The translations under genes and the position numbers were made by a program. DNA of 64,000 nt from Candidatus Poribacteria bacterium (lineage in GTDB: Bacteria > Poribacteria > WGA-4E > PCPOR2b): NCBI GenBank assembly GCA_965208675.1, contig OZ242351.1, positions 2,080,001 through 2,144,000 of the forward strand, in the 5' to 3' direction. The notes beneath the pieces are model-generated. The model was not told the DNA's origin, did not search any database, and saw only the letters and a program-made list of their open reading frames with translations. This document shows, one piece after another, positions 46,519-58,229 of the stretch. The first letter of the stretch is position 1. The number at the start of each line of letters is the position of its first letter.

Positions 46519-48351
46519 ATGGAATACATGGTGTGTTTAATTGGAATTTGTGTGGTTGGCAGTCTAGGTTTGGCTGCCGTATGCGCAGCCGAACAGGGCT
46601 ATCGGGAGGCGCAGCTTCATAAGCAAGTCGTAGAACGCATCTACGAAGACGGCCGCCGGGTTTTGATGGTGAACTGGGATGAAATCGAAGATAGAACTCC
46701 GAAACCAGACCCGGCTCCACAGGATATTACGGCCGAGGAACAAGAACGCGGTTACATCGTATATCGACGATCGGATTCTGACGGCGTCTTTCGTTTCAGC
46801 AGCCCCCAATCCGGTGAGCGAACTGCCTCACTCTCTACGGCTGCTAGTCTGGACGAGAAACGGCACGTGCAGTTTGCCATACGTGCGCTCCGAGATTTGG
46901 GGAGGGTAGAGGTAGAACTAGGGGTTATGTCGAACGGCGATGGGGTCACGCTGCCGGCTTCCGCTGTTTCGGTTCGACCGGTGCGTATCGGAATTTGGAG
47001 AGACTATTGGGACCCGTTCTTTGTCGAGGCGCCCAAACTCTTAGACCATTATGACGCCATAACCCGCGTGCTCCGCGGACAGAGCCAGCAGTTTTGGATT
47101 AAATTTCACGTACCGCCGGGGACACCGGCCGGCAGATTTACAGGGGACGTTTTTGTTCGTACCGAGCATGGCGGCGAAGCGTCGCTAAGGCTGGAATTGG
47201 AGGTCTATCCTTTTTCCCTGGCGCCCGGGCGTTGGTGGGGCGTCTACTACTACGGTTTGACAGGCGAGAAAACCGCACAGGACTTCGCGGACATGAAAGC
47301 ACACGGCGTCAATTCGATGCTTATCTGTCCTCCGGGGCACGTAGTGCCCGTGCTTGAGCGCGTCGGCGACCGTGTCGTTGCTAGTTTTCCGCACACTGAC
47401 AAGCTGATGGCTGAACTTAAACGTCAGGGGTTTAACAGGCAGGTGCCGTATTATCCCCGCATGATAAGCTGCCGCGTGCTCGATCTCTTCGACCGAGTGG
47501 ACGGTGTGAAATTCAAGCCCGGTGACTATTACGGCCAACGCTGCATCGACTATAAAGCTGAAGACTATCCCGAAGATCTGAAGGAGGTACTCAAAGATAT
47601 TTTTCGCCAAATGGTTCAACACGCTAAGGAAGCAGATTGGCCGGAAATCCTCTGGTTCCTCGTGGATGAACCCGGTGCTGCGGCTTTGCACGAGCGTGAA
47701 CTTGAATGGGCGAAGGTAGAATTCCCCCTGTTTGCAGAAGCATGCCCCGGCGAGAAATTGCTCTGTACGGCGTACTCACGCGACGTGATTGACGCTATCG
47801 GTGTCCCGCTTGATGTGCGTGTCGGGGAGTTGTGGCGCTTTACCGACGACGACCTGCAGCGTACCGACGCTGACGATTCACAGCTCTGGGGAATCCGTTG
47901 GCTGTGTCAGCACAATGCCTACCGTTTTCCGCGGCACTTCGCCGGGTTTGGGCTCGACCGTATGGGGCTTGACGGTTTTACCGAATGGACGTACTACGGC
48001 GCGCCCGTCTATCGACCCTACGACCAGATTATTGACTGGCAGGGTTGCAGTTACGCCTTTGAAGATGAACATGGGAATCTCCTCAGCACGATTACTTGGG
48101 AAGCGGCGCAGGAAGGCATTGACGATGCCCGCTACGCCGCTACGCTGCGTGCACTAATTTCCAATGGTGAGTCCTCGATGAACCGGGAGCATCAGCGGCT
48201 TGCCGGAGATGCGTCGGACTGGCTCGCAACGCGCATCTCGGAAATTCCGAATCGCCCGGTTACCATGCCCGAAGCGGAACTCGACGCGCTGCGGAGCGAG
48301 ATTGCGAATCAGATTTTTGTGTTGATGGATGCGGGATTGTCAGTAGAATAG
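46519..48351 (+). CDS. Exported putative glycoside hydrolase (GH123/DUF4091-like)
   Basis: Signal-like N-terminus, QFWI..HVP..TPAG...G, VDEP, S..WEA.QEGIDDARY. Confidence 0.6.
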   Translation: MEYMVCLIGICVVGSLGLAAVCAAEQGYREAQLHKQVVERIYEDGRRVLMVNWDEIEDRTPKPDPAPQDITAEEQERGYIVYRRSDSDGVFRFSSPQSGERTASLSTAASLDEKRHVQFAIRALRDLGRVEVELGVMSNGDGVTLPASAVSVRPVRIGIWRDYWDPFFVEAPKLLDHYDAITRVLRGQSQQFWIKFHVPPGTPAGRFTGDVFVRTEHGGEASLRLELEVYPFSLAPGRWWGVYYYGLTGEKTAQDFADMKAHGVNSMLICPPGHVVPVLERVGDRVVASFPHTDKLMAELKRQGFNRQVPYYPRMISCRVLDLFDRVDGVKFKPGDYYGQRCIDYKAEDYPEDLKEVLKDIFRQMVQHAKEADWPEILWFLVDEPGAAALHERELEWAKVEFPLFAEACPGEKLLCTAYSRDVIDAIGVPLDVRVGELWRFTDDDLQRTDADDSQLWGIRWLCQHNAYRFPRHFAGFGLDRMGLDGFTEWTYYGAPVYRPYDQIIDWQGCSYAFEDEHGNLLSTITWEAAQEGIDDARYAATLRALISNGESSMNREHQRLAGDASDWLATRISEIPNRPVTMPEAELDALRSEIANQIFVLMDAGLSVE

Positions 48352-48525
48352 TGCCGAGATTTGATTACAATGGTTGGGCCCGTCCATTTGAAAGCCGTTG
48401 AAAGACGTGGTGCAAGCAGCAGTTAATCGCCTATGAATACCGACGTTATAGCCAATTCCATGCATATTTAAAAGTGTTTCAGAGCGTGCGGTTTGAAGCC
48501 GCACCTACGGGGTTGAGAAAAATTG

Positions 48526-49827
48526 ATGCCTTCAGCAAGAAAAATCATACTTGCCGTGTGCTTTACTTTCACGATAGCGTGCAGTGCCTTCGCCCAATGG
48601 CTGCTTGTGCCGATGGATAAGGCGCAGACCAACCACCTAAAGGCTTACGGATTGACCTACTGGACACTGCAAACGCCGCGGGAATACCGGGCGATGTGGC
48701 TATTGAATTACCGCGGCGGCGCCTTTCTTTTGCACGATTCACCTGACGTACATGTCAAGGCGAAGGCGATGGGAGTTCATGTTGAACCTATGTCTGATCC
48801 CGACTACGGCGTAATTCTCATTGAGATGGAAAACTCCAACATGGATGAAATCTTGTTGGAAAAGGCGCCAAAGATTGCGGTTTACGCCCCACCGGACAAC
48901 ACTCCCTACCGTGACCCGTGGGGCGATGCGGTAAAGATTGCTTTGGATTACGCCCAAATTCCCTATCATGTCATCTGGGACAAGGAGGTCGAAAACCAGT
49001 TCCTGCTCACGGAAGGGTTCGACTGGTTACACCTGCACCACGAGGATTTCACCGGACAGCACGGCAAATTCTATGGCTCTTTCAGGGGGCAGGTGTGGTA
49101 TAAGCAGCGAGTCCGACTGTTTGAGCAAGCGGCTTCCGAGGCGGGCTTTTCCCGCGTGCCGAGACACAAAGGGCATATTGCGCAACTGATTCAGGATTAT
49201 GTCCTCAACGGAGGATTTTTGTTTGCGATGTGTTCGGCGCCAGAAACGTTGGATATCGCCATTGCGGCGGATGGCGGGCACGTCGATATTGTCGCACCCG
49301 AACTTGATGGATCGCCCACTCAGCCGGACTATCAATCCAAATTGAATTTTAAAAAGACGTTCGGTTTCGAAAATTTCACGCTGCATACAAGCCCCTATCT
49401 ATATGAATTTTCTGATATTGACGACCCGAAACCAGAGCCCGACCCGCTATCGGGCTTAGAAGACTTCACGCTGTTCGAGTTTTCGGCAAAGCACGACCCA
49501 ATCCCAACGATGCTTACGCAGAATCATGTAGGAAAGGTACGGGGATTTCTTGGCCAGACGACTTCCTTCAATCGAGACACCATTCGCGATTCGGTGACCA
49601 TATTGGGCGACATCGAAGGCACGCCATATGCAAAATACATCCATGGGAAATTAGGCAAGGGGACATTCACGTTCCTCGGCGGACACGATCCGGAGGATTA
49701 CCGGCATCTCGTCGGGGAGGGAAGGATTCCGACCAATCTGGATCTGCACAAGCACTCTCCGGGCTATCGCCTAATACTGAACAATATTCTGTTTCCCGCT
49801 GCGAAGAAGAAGCCTCAGAAGACGTAG
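48526..49827 (+). CDS. Exported conserved protein of a family often mislabelled 'asparagine synthetase B' in Bacteroidota
   Basis: Signal peptide, PMD..Q.NHLKAYG, WLLNYRGG, DWLHLHHEDFTGQ.GKFY, GGFLFAMCSA, SPGYRLILNNILFPAA. Confidence 0.65.
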   Translation: MPSARKIILAVCFTFTIACSAFAQWLLVPMDKAQTNHLKAYGLTYWTLQTPREYRAMWLLNYRGGAFLLHDSPDVHVKAKAMGVHVEPMSDPDYGVILIEMENSNMDEILLEKAPKIAVYAPPDNTPYRDPWGDAVKIALDYAQIPYHVIWDKEVENQFLLTEGFDWLHLHHEDFTGQHGKFYGSFRGQVWYKQRVRLFEQAASEAGFSRVPRHKGHIAQLIQDYVLNGGFLFAMCSAPETLDIAIAADGGHVDIVAPELDGSPTQPDYQSKLNFKKTFGFENFTLHTSPYLYEFSDIDDPKPEPDPLSGLEDFTLFEFSAKHDPIPTMLTQNHVGKVRGFLGQTTSFNRDTIRDSVTILGDIEGTPYAKYIHGKLGKGTFTFLGGHDPEDYRHLVGEGRIPTNLDLHKHSPGYRLILNNILFPAAKKKPQKT

Positions 49828-49963
49828 TCTGAATCAGGATACTCAGGATTGAAGGATTTGATTTGTGTAAATTTGAAATGACTATTGGGCCGCATTACGT
49901 TAACGACAAGGCGAGGTTGCATGCCTAACTGATTTACGTTTAACACTTGGAAAGAGAATTGAA

Positions 49964-51340
49964 ATGGCGAACAATCAGAGTGAATTTTCCACCGAAGATT
50001 ACCGAGAAATTGATCGGGCGCACGTTTGGCACCCGCTCTTTCAGCATGAACTTTTGAATCAGACTAATCTGATTGTGTTCAAGGAGGCGCACGGGACAAC
50101 CGTAGTTGACTCGGACGGACACGAATATTTGGATGCGTATTCAGGTTTGTGGAATGTCATCGTCGGATATGGACGGCAGGAGATTGCCCAAGCGGTGTAT
50201 GAGCAGACTCAGCAGTTGCACTACTATCCACATACGCAGATAAACATCCCCGCAACGTTACTGTCGGAACGGCTGGCTGAGCTACTTCCGGGGAACCTCA
50301 ACCACGTCTATTTCAGCAACAGCGGATCTGAAGCCAATGAAACGGCAATAAAAATTTCGCGGCAGTACGGCAGGCAAAAGTATCCCGGGCAGAACCGGTA
50401 CAAGATTATTGCACGGTACCGCGGCTATCACGGATTTACCTACGGGGCAATGTCTGCAACCGGGCAGGTGCTGCGGAAAAAACCTTTTGAACCGCTCGCG
50501 CCCGGTTTCCTGCACGTCCAGCCACCCTATTGCTATCGGTGTCCGTTTGAATTGAGTAATTCGGACTGCGCCATGTTTTGTGCGGACGAAATCGAACGAG
50601 TCATTCAGTGGGAGGGCGCGGAAACCGTCATTGCAGTAATTGCCGAACCCATCATCGGCGGCGGCGGAGTGATTGTTCCGCCGGACGACTATCTTCCAAG
50701 ACTGAGGGAAATCTGCGACCGCTATGGAATATTGCTCATCCTTGATGAAGTGATTACGGGGTTTGGAAGAACTGGCACGCTGTTCGCGTGTGAACGGTGG
50801 GGAGTGCTGCCGGACATCATTACATTGGCGAAAGGGTTGACGAGCGGCTACGTTCCGCTGGGCGCATGCGTCGTCAGCGATGAGGTCTTTGAAGGATTTC
50901 TCGGTACGCCGGAGGAGGAACGGGAATTCGCGCAAGTCTGCACGTATGCTGGGCACCCTGTGGCTTGCGCTGCGGGTTTGGCGAACCTGAAAATTATCTC
51001 AGACGAACGGTTATGGGAAAACGCCGAGCGCGTAGGAACCTACCTTCTTGACAAACTTGATACTCTGCGATCGTTGCCAGTTGTGGGAGATGTCCGAGGC
51101 AAAGGACTCATGCTGGCGATTGAGTTGGTGAAAAACGGCAAATCACATTTAGACACCGCGAAAACAAATCAGATTGTTGCGGCAGTCCGAGAAAAAGGCA
51201 TCCTAATCGGAAAAATCAGCCGCGCTGTAGATGAGCCGGAAAATATCATTTTCGTTGCCCCGCCGCTAATTCTGACGGATGAAGAGGCGGATCGCATCTT
51301 CGAAACACTCCGCGAGGTACTTGCTGATTTTAAGGGTTGA
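49964..51340 (+). CDS. Class III PLP-dependent aminotransferase (omega-amino acid/polyamine type)
   Basis: HVWHP, YLD..SGLWNV..GYG, SGSEANE, YHG.T, EPIIG.GG, DEVITGFGRTG, AKGLTSGY.P. Confidence 0.9.
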   Translation: MANNQSEFSTEDYREIDRAHVWHPLFQHELLNQTNLIVFKEAHGTTVVDSDGHEYLDAYSGLWNVIVGYGRQEIAQAVYEQTQQLHYYPHTQINIPATLLSERLAELLPGNLNHVYFSNSGSEANETAIKISRQYGRQKYPGQNRYKIIARYRGYHGFTYGAMSATGQVLRKKPFEPLAPGFLHVQPPYCYRCPFELSNSDCAMFCADEIERVIQWEGAETVIAVIAEPIIGGGGVIVPPDDYLPRLREICDRYGILLILDEVITGFGRTGTLFACERWGVLPDIITLAKGLTSGYVPLGACVVSDEVFEGFLGTPEEEREFAQVCTYAGHPVACAAGLANLKIISDERLWENAERVGTYLLDKLDTLRSLPVVGDVRGKGLMLAIELVKNGKSHLDTAKTNQIVAAVREKGILIGKISRAVDEPENIIFVAPPLILTDEEADRIFETLREVLADFKG

Positions 51341-51404
51341 TAGAGATTCACAATCCTACGGCAATTTTTCGCGATAAACAACTGTCCCTGACGGCTTTTC
51401 ACGA

Positions 51405-51498
51405 TGGCGGGAGAGGGTGGGAGTCGAACCCACCTACCCACTTGCATGGGCAAGCTGGTTTTGAAGACCAGTAGAGCCACCGGACCCTATCCTCTCCC
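51405..51498 (-). tRNA. selC: tRNA-Sec (anticodon UCA)
   Basis: 94 nt, GGGAGAGG...CTGGTCTTCAAAACCAG, long variable arm, GGTTCGACTCC, ends CCTCTCCCGCCA. Lies downstream of selB. Confidence 0.95.
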
Positions 51499-51552
51499 AA
51501 AATGAACGGTTAACATTGGACGCACGAGCGCCGTGTTAGTGTGCGTAACGGA

Positions 51553-53478
51553 TTATGAACTCTTTTGCGGAGATTTCCGCAGACGGCGGTGGTTTCCCTC
51601 GCGAATCGTGAACCCTTTGCCGTCGCAGTATTCCAAGAACGGCACGGCATATTTGCGGCTAGTCTGCGCAAACTCCCGAAATTCAGCGACGGTAATCACG
51701 GGTTTTTCTTCGAGATAACGGGAAAGCAGATTCATGGTGTTTTCTAAAGTCCGGATATGGACAAAGAAGTCATCTGCAATCTTGACAAGTTGTCCAAGAT
51801 TTACGAGCGCGTAGAATGTCTCTCGAACCGATTGCGCGGAATATTCCGGAAGTTGCTCGGTTAGCGCTTTCATATTGGGGACGTTTATTCCTGCATCCAA
51901 AAAGGCGGCTTCAACTTTCTCTTTGATTGCCTCCTCTTGTTCAGTGAATTGGATCTGATGGGACGCCAAACGCAGGAGATTTCCGTCTTTAACGACCCGC
52001 TTCTGCCGGATTAAATCTCCCACAATCTTCTCGAAAGCAATTTCATCAAGGTCAAGTTGTAGACGGAGTTGCGCCGTGTTCTGACCGGGTGCGAGCGGCG
52101 TCTCTGCGTGGAAACCCTCCAAGGCGTTGATGAGATTAGTTTGCGCCCTTTGCAATCGATCCCTAGCGGCAATAAGCCGGCTGCCACCGTTCCAACGCGT
52201 TATTTTAAGCTCACGTTCCAGCGCTTTCAGGATTTTTTCCATCGTTGAATTCGGATGGCTGAGATAATACCGCAGAGAGTCTTCCGACAAGCAGAGTTCA
52301 CTCCTTTGCGCTAGCAGCAGATTTATCACGCCGACATCGTCAGCCATTTTCCATTGATTGAGCGTTTGTGCAGTCGCTTTCGCAAACCGCTTGTGGCGCG
52401 GCGCAAACGGATTTATCACCGTACCACCTCCGACGGTATACTGCGATGCGAAATCGCGGACGATAAGCCGATCTCCCCTGAATGTGAGAATTGGCTTCTC
52501 TAAGCGCAATTGGATTTGCGCCGTATCGCCCGGCAAAACCGCTTCATCCACAAGCAGTATCGCCCGACAAAACGCTTCGCTTGTACCGAGATAAAACCGC
52601 AGCCGCGTCCAGTGTTCTAACATTCGCGGAAAGGACGACAGCACATGGAGTGAAACATCAATGTTATCCGTCACGCTTGACAAGCCGATTGTGCAAAGCA
52701 CATCTCCGCGGCGAATTTCTTCCGTCGTAATGCCCGAAAGGTTCAATGCGGTCCGCTGTCCGGCGTGCGCTTCGTCCGCTGGACGATTGTGAACTTGTAT
52801 ACCGCGCACACGAATTTCGCGCCCCTGCGGCAATATCATAAGCCGTTGTTCGCGGTGTATGGAACCGTCAATCAGCGTTCCGGTAACGACGGCGCCAAAC
52901 CCCGGCATGGTAAAAATCCGATCCACATAGAGGCGTGGAATACCGTTGCGGCTCCCTTTTCCTGCAACAGCTCTTACTCTATCGACAATTGCCTGCTTAA
53001 GGCGGGCGACGCCTTCTTCCGTCTCAGCCGATACTTGCACAGTCGGTGCGCCTTCAAGCGCGGTACCCGCCAACATCTCTTGTGCCATCTCGGTAGATTC
53101 AGCTAAATCTTCCGCCGTCACCAGATCAATTTTGGTCATCACCAATATGCCGGTTGAGATGCCGAGGAGATCGAGAATTTCCAAGTGTTCCAAGGTCTGC
53201 TCCTGTACACCCTCCTTCGCATCCACGACTAGCAGCACAACGTCCATTCCGTAAGCGCCCGAGAGCATATTCCGGATGAACCTTTCATGCCCTGGCACGT
53301 CCACGATTCCGGCGCGTGAACCGTCGGGGAGGTCGAAATAGGCAAACCCCAACTCGACTGACAGTCCTCGTTCTTGTTCCTCTTTGAGCCGGTCGGTTTC
53401 GATTCCTGTGAGTGCGCGAATGAGCGCTGTTTTGCCGTGGTCGACATGTCCGGCGGTGCCGATGATGACGTGCCGCAT
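51553..53478 (-). CDS. selB: Selenocysteine-specific elongation factor
   Basis: [24 protein letters not shown]-terminal winged helices with [12 protein letters not shown]. Confidence 0.96.
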   Translation of the reverse strand: MRHVIIGTAGHVDHGKTALIRALTGIETDRLKEEQERGLSVELGFAYFDLPDGSRAGIVDVPGHERFIRNMLSGAYGMDVVLLVVDAKEGVQEQTLEHLEILDLLGISTGILVMTKIDLVTAEDLAESTEMAQEMLAGTALEGAPTVQVSAETEEGVARLKQAIVDRVRAVAGKGSRNGIPRLYVDRIFTMPGFGAVVTGTLIDGSIHREQRLMILPQGREIRVRGIQVHNRPADEAHAGQRTALNLSGITTEEIRRGDVLCTIGLSSVTDNIDVSLHVLSSFPRMLEHWTRLRFYLGTSEAFCRAILLVDEAVLPGDTAQIQLRLEKPILTFRGDRLIVRDFASQYTVGGGTVINPFAPRHKRFAKATAQTLNQWKMADDVGVINLLLAQRSELCLSEDSLRYYLSHPNSTMEKILKALERELKITRWNGGSRLIAARDRLQRAQTNLINALEGFHAETPLAPGQNTAQLRLQLDLDEIAFEKIVGDLIRQKRVVKDGNLLRLASHQIQFTEQEEAIKEKVEAAFLDAGINVPNMKALTEQLPEYSAQSVRETFYALVNLGQLVKIADDFFVHIRTLENTMNLLSRYLEEKPVITVAEFREFAQTSRKYAVPFLEYCDGKGFTIREGNHRRLRKSPQKSS

Positions 53479-53482
53479 AGCG

Positions 53483-54922
53483 TTATCCTGAATTACAGCT
53501 CAGGCCTCCCATGACATTTTTGGCCGCATCGGCGATACAATCCAGTTCCTGCTCGCCAATCGTTCGAACGTCCATCCAAAACCGATTATCCTGCGTTCGA
53601 CCGATTATCGGCCTTGACTGAGTGCGGAAACTGGCAGCGAGCGCTTCCGCGGAGGTGTGTTTCGACTCCAAGACTACTGCGAGGCTGGGTAAAGTTTCAA
53701 TCGGGAGCGAACCGCTGCCAATCTGTGCGTGACTCTCTTCGATTGCGACAGCCATCTCTTCACCAAAGACTTGCCGTAGGCACATTTCTAATTTTTCGGC
53801 AACCGTTCGTAGCTCATGCATTGATCGTGTACAGCGGTAAAGCATAGGGAGGTTATCGATTAGGCTGTCTTCATTGAGATAGAGACGTAAAGTCGCTTCG
53901 AGCGCGGCGATTGTCAGTTTTCCGACGCGGAACGCCCGCATCAGCGGATTTTTACGAATTTGCTGGATTAAATTCGATTTACCGGCGATAATCCCCGCCT
54001 GCGGACCGCCGAGCAGCTTATCTCCGCTAAATGTTAGGATATCGACGCCCGCCTCAATGCGCTCACGAACGACTGGCTCATAAGGTAAATTGTACTTGGT
54101 CAAATCGATTAGCGATCCGCTGCCGAGATCTTCCATGGTTGGGATGTCATTCCGATGCCCAAGTTCGGCGACCTCTTCTATGCTTGGTGCGGCGGTAAAG
54201 CCGACGATTTTGTAGTTGCTTGGATGCACTTTCAGGAGGAGTGCCGTATTCTCGTTGATTGCATTTTCGTAATCCTTAAGATGGGTCCGGTTCGTCGTGC
54301 CCACTTCCCTCAGGATTGCCCCACTGGCTTCCATTACATCGGGAATTCGAAATGCACCGCCGATTTCAATCAATTCTCCGCGCGAGACGATGACCTCCTT
54401 GCCTCGCCCCAATGTGTTCAACGTCAGTAAAACTGCCGCGGCGTTGTTGTTAACGACGGTTGACGCGCCACAGCCGGTCAACCGCTGAAGAATAGGTTCA
54501 GTGATAAGATCACGGTGTCCACGATTTCCACTCTCAAGATTGTACTCTAGGTTGACATAGTTACTGGCGGTTTGACGAATCCCTTCACACGCGGATGTGC
54601 TGAGAAGCGATCTACCAAGATTGGTGTGGATGATTGTCCCGGTCACGTTTATTACAGGCAGGATAGAGGAAGCGGTCATGGCTTCAAGTTTAGTGCGCGT
54701 AATACCGGCAAGTTGCGCATCATCGGGTACATGCGAGATTTCACTCTTGGCGAGAATTTGTGTACGAATCTCCGCAACCACTGAACGCAGCGTTTCGGTG
54801 ACGAGATCTCGGGAATACTGTTCCTGAATGTCGAGAAACAATCCACGAACCAACAACTGCTCAATGGCAGGTATGCGGCGTAAAGCGGCATGTTGTTTTT
54901 CGGTCAGGTCATTTTCGGTCAT
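53483..54922 (-). CDS. selA: L-seryl-tRNA(Sec) selenium transferase
   Basis: [57 protein letters not shown]. Confidence 0.96.
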   Translation of the reverse strand: MTENDLTEKQHAALRRIPAIEQLLVRGLFLDIQEQYSRDLVTETLRSVVAEIRTQILAKSEISHVPDDAQLAGITRTKLEAMTASSILPVINVTGTIIHTNLGRSLLSTSACEGIRQTASNYVNLEYNLESGNRGHRDLITEPILQRLTGCGASTVVNNNAAAVLLTLNTLGRGKEVIVSRGELIEIGGAFRIPDVMEASGAILREVGTTNRTHLKDYENAINENTALLLKVHPSNYKIVGFTAAPSIEEVAELGHRNDIPTMEDLGSGSLIDLTKYNLPYEPVVRERIEAGVDILTFSGDKLLGGPQAGIIAGKSNLIQQIRKNPLMRAFRVGKLTIAALEATLRLYLNEDSLIDNLPMLYRCTRSMHELRTVAEKLEMCLRQVFGEEMAVAIEESHAQIGSGSLPIETLPSLAVVLESKHTSAEALAASFRTQSRPIIGRTQDNRFWMDVRTIGEQELDCIADAAKNVMGGLSCNSG

Positions 54923-55144
54923 TTGTGATTGAGGGGATACAAGGGGTGCGAATCCAAATTGTCAGCGCTCGTTTAGAATACGGTGATTATCCCTTTTAGG
55001 AGTGGCAATGGCATTTTAGGGCTTCAATATTATATAATATTTCGGTGCATTAAACAACCAAGTAACTCCACTGCCGTAGACCTTGTACTGACCTTCTCGT
55101 ATGGGTCCGTCCGGGAATATGGGTTTACCGATAGCAGCGCTGTG

Positions 55145-55153
55145 TGCTATAAT
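55145..55153 (+). promoter_or_regulatory. Extended -10 element upstream of the heme cluster
   Basis: TGcTATAAT. Confidence 0.45.
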
Positions 55154-55260
55154 ATGGCTGTCTTCAACCAAATAGATGCGGGATTTTTGAAGACTAGCTG
55201 CGAGTAAAATCACATTATTCCGGGCACCTATGTTCCAGTATCTTACTGACGGATAAACCG

Positions 55261-55569
55261 ATGGGCATACAATTTTTTGTTGTTTTTGCGCTATCAATTA
55301 TTTTCCTATCCATAGGGGTGACCGGGTGCCGTGACTTCGCTTCCGTAATTTGGGATAATGGAACACCCAAGCTGAGTTTCGTTTCGAATACCTCAGCGAT
55401 TATCCAGTGTGCACTTGGGTTTTTACTATTTTTAATCAGTCTGTACGTTATGGGATTCTTTCTGTATCTTGAGGAGCGGGAAAGCGGCCGAATTATGAAA
55501 AACATCAGGAGTTTCGTGAAGCTCAGGGAGTTTCTTGAACGACATCAGAAAGAGGAAACTAGGGAATGA
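55261..55569 (+). CDS. Small two-helix membrane protein
   Basis: Two hydrophobic segments and a charged tail. Ends 15 nt before hemE. Confidence 0.55.
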   Translation: MGIQFFVVFALSIIFLSIGVTGCRDFASVIWDNGTPKLSFVSNTSAIIQCALGFLLFLISLYVMGFFLYLEERESGRIMKNIRSFVKLREFLERHQKEETRE

Positions 55570-55584
55570 GGATATGGAAAAATC

Positions 55585-56712
55585 ATGAACCCGCCTTCAA
55601 CGCAAAAACGATTCGCCCACCCGCCAAAAAACGACCTCCTGCTTCGTGCTGCACGCCGTCTTCCGGTTGAACGGGTGCCCGTCTGGATGATGCGGCAGGC
55701 CGGACGTTCAGATCCGGCTTATCGGGCACTACGTAACCGCCTACAACTCCCTTTGGAGCAGTTGTTTCGGGATGTCGAGCGAGCGATTGAAATTTCGCTA
55801 TTGCCGCAACGTATTGGCGTTGATGCAATCATCATGTATCAGGATATTCTTACCCCGCTCACCCCGATGGGGGCGCACTTCCAATTCGCTCCGGGCCCCG
55901 TGTTGACGACACCGATTCGATCGCGAGCACAAGTCGAGGCGTTACGACCGGTGCAGCCGCCGTCAGAATTGAAATTTGTAGGGGAAATCTTGAACGGGTT
56001 GCGTCAGAGTTTAGCTGGCCAATTACCGGTAGTCGGTTTTGCCGGCGCCCCGTTGACGCTGGCATTTTTTATGGTTGCCGGCAAAAGCCCCATGAATCCG
56101 GGAAATGGAGTCTCTAATGCGGCGAGCCCTGTGTTTCAGTTTATGCGTGAGGAACCGCGTCTTTTTCATAATTTATTGGAACGCCTGACACGGCTGACGA
56201 TTGATTATCTCAACTACCAGATTTCAGAAGGTGCGCAAGCGGTGCAACTCTTTGAATCCATCGCGGATATTATCGATCGTATGTGCTATGAAACCTTTGT
56301 TCAGCCTTATCACGAACAGATTTTCGCTGAGTTAAATTCGAATTCGATATCTATTCTATTTTCGAAGGAATGTCCTCATTTAGATCTCATGCTAAAAGCC
56401 GGTGCGGACGTATTGAGCGTCGGCACATGCGTAAATCTCGCAAAAGCGCAGGCGCAAGCTGCGGGGGAAGCCGCGTTTCAAGGAAACGTGGATAATAAAA
56501 CCTTACGAGACGGTACTGCCGATGACATTACGGCTGCTGTCAACCGATGCTTGGAAGAAGGCGGCAAAATTGGGCATATCCTAAACCTCAGCCACGGACT
56601 TTTCCGCGATACTCCATTTGAAAATGTGAAACATTTTGTGAAGGCCGCCAAAGCGTATGATTGGAACAATGAAACCGCCAAAAAACATAGCCATTTTGAG
56701 GCAAGTACATGA
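55585..56712 (+). CDS. hemE: Uroporphyrinogen decarboxylase
   Basis: PVWMMRQAGR, DA.I...DIL, GFAGAP.TLA, GAQAVQLFES, QGNVD, HILNL.HG. Confidence 0.93.
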   Translation: MNPPSTQKRFAHPPKNDLLLRAARRLPVERVPVWMMRQAGRSDPAYRALRNRLQLPLEQLFRDVERAIEISLLPQRIGVDAIIMYQDILTPLTPMGAHFQFAPGPVLTTPIRSRAQVEALRPVQPPSELKFVGEILNGLRQSLAGQLPVVGFAGAPLTLAFFMVAGKSPMNPGNGVSNAASPVFQFMREEPRLFHNLLERLTRLTIDYLNYQISEGAQAVQLFESIADIIDRMCYETFVQPYHEQIFAELNSNSISILFSKECPHLDLMLKAGADVLSVGTCVNLAKAQAQAAGEAAFQGNVDNKTLRDGTADDITAAVNRCLEEGGKIGHILNLSHGLFRDTPFENVKHFVKAAKAYDWNNETAKKHSHFEAST

Positions 56713-58166
56713 TATCACCCCGAGAAAATCCCTTTGCCCCAAGAGTTTATGGGAACCTCGAAAAGGTCACTGACCGTGTTTATCTCTTTCGGAATATTGT
56801 CAATTCATCAATTGTTATCGGTGAAAACGGGGCGGCTGTGATTGATACGCAAGTCAATCAACCGATGGCTCGCCGCTTGCTTCAGGCGGTTCGTACTGTA
56901 ACCGACAAACCGATTCTTTACACGATTAATACGCATTACCACTGGGACCACACCAATGGGAATATCGTCTTCCACAACGAGGGGTCAACGATTCTCTCAA
57001 GGGCAATGACAAAAGAATTCATCGTCAACCGAGCCCCCCGGCAAAAAGCGTTCCTCCAATCGCGCGGGTTTGAATTGGGCGATGATCCCTATCTGCCCGA
57101 TGAGACCTTCTCAATGGAAACGGAAATCGATCTCGGCGGTCAGCCAATCCATCTCATTCACCTCGGCAAAGCAGAAACCGATGATGCCACTGCGGTTCGA
57201 ATCCCTAGGGAAGGCTGTATCGTTTCTGGCGATACAATCATGACGGGCAGCTTTCCCATTTTTGGTCAACCGGTGATGAATGAAGGGTTAACGGCAAATC
57301 ATGATTGGATTAATACGATTCGGGAGTTGAGAGAATATGGGCCGAAACATGTGTTGCCGGGGCATGGTCCACTCGCGTATGACGAGGAGATTGATTTATT
57401 GATACAGATTGAGGCTTATTTCCTCAAGGAGGTCGAGTTGCGAGTTGAGCGCGGCATGAAGTTGCCTGAACTCATGGCAGATTTGGAAAGTGCATTGCCC
57501 GGCTGGATTACACAAATCGCTGAAGTCTGGGGAACACCCCGTTATGCCATCCTGCGCGTGTATCGAGGCCTGATTGACGATTCGGAGCCGGGTTGGCAAC
57601 ACCTGAAACCCTCGGCGATTCCTTCGGCAGATAAAACTGCAGTCGAGGCAAGAACGGTTGGGCTTGAGAATTACGAAGGATACCGCCAAGCGTCTGAAGA
57701 GGCGGAGGAAGGCGGTGATGTCGGATTGGCGGTTGAGATGCTGCGTGAGTCGACACAACGGTATCCCGACAAACCCGCCGCATGGGTGGAACTTGCCGAA
57801 CTGTTGTATCGGAGCGCCCGAAGTATATCTAGTATCTTAGAAAAGGGAGATTTTTTCACGGAGGCGAAAACCGCCATAAGAAAAGCGTTGGAATTAGACC
57901 CGACCTATGCCCCGGCACTGCTCTTGATTGGGCAGTCACTCATTATAACTGCACATCGTAATGGGGACGATCCAACGCCTGGATTGCGGTATATTCGTCG
58001 AGCGTTGGATTTGAACCTCACAGATGCACAACACGCTCAAGCCAACTTTTGTATTGGACTTGCGCACCGCACCAATGGTGATGAAACGCAGGCGAAAGCC
58101 TTTTTTGCCAAAGCCGTTGCGGCGGATGCGAAGTTTATTCCGGCTCAGTTGGCGAATATCGCTTGA
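56709..58166 (+). CDS. Metallo-beta-lactamase-fold hydrolase with a C-terminal TPR domain
   Basis: INTHYHWDHTNGN (HxHxDH), SGD, PGHG, TPR-like helices (KALELDP.Y). ATGA overlap with hemE. Confidence 0.85.
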   Translation: MISPRENPFAPRVYGNLEKVTDRVYLFRNIVNSSIVIGENGAAVIDTQVNQPMARRLLQAVRTVTDKPILYTINTHYHWDHTNGNIVFHNEGSTILSRAMTKEFIVNRAPRQKAFLQSRGFELGDDPYLPDETFSMETEIDLGGQPIHLIHLGKAETDDATAVRIPREGCIVSGDTIMTGSFPIFGQPVMNEGLTANHDWINTIRELREYGPKHVLPGHGPLAYDEEIDLLIQIEAYFLKEVELRVERGMKLPELMADLESALPGWITQIAEVWGTPRYAILRVYRGLIDDSEPGWQHLKPSAIPSADKTAVEARTVGLENYEGYRQASEEAEEGGDVGLAVEMLRESTQRYPDKPAAWVELAELLYRSARSISSILEKGDFFTEAKTAIRKALELDPTYAPALLLIGQSLIITAHRNGDDPTPGLRYIRRALDLNLTDAQHAQANFCIGLAHRTNGDETQAKAFFAKAVAADAKFIPAQLANIA

Positions 58167-58229
58167 ACTAACCACTACGCCAACTTCATCAAATACTCCT
58201 AAAATTTAACGTAAAGAGAAAATAACAGA

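Noticed and set aside
51169-51480. 103-aa minus-strand ORF
   Set aside because: Overlaps tRNA-Sec and the antisense strand of the aminotransferase gene.
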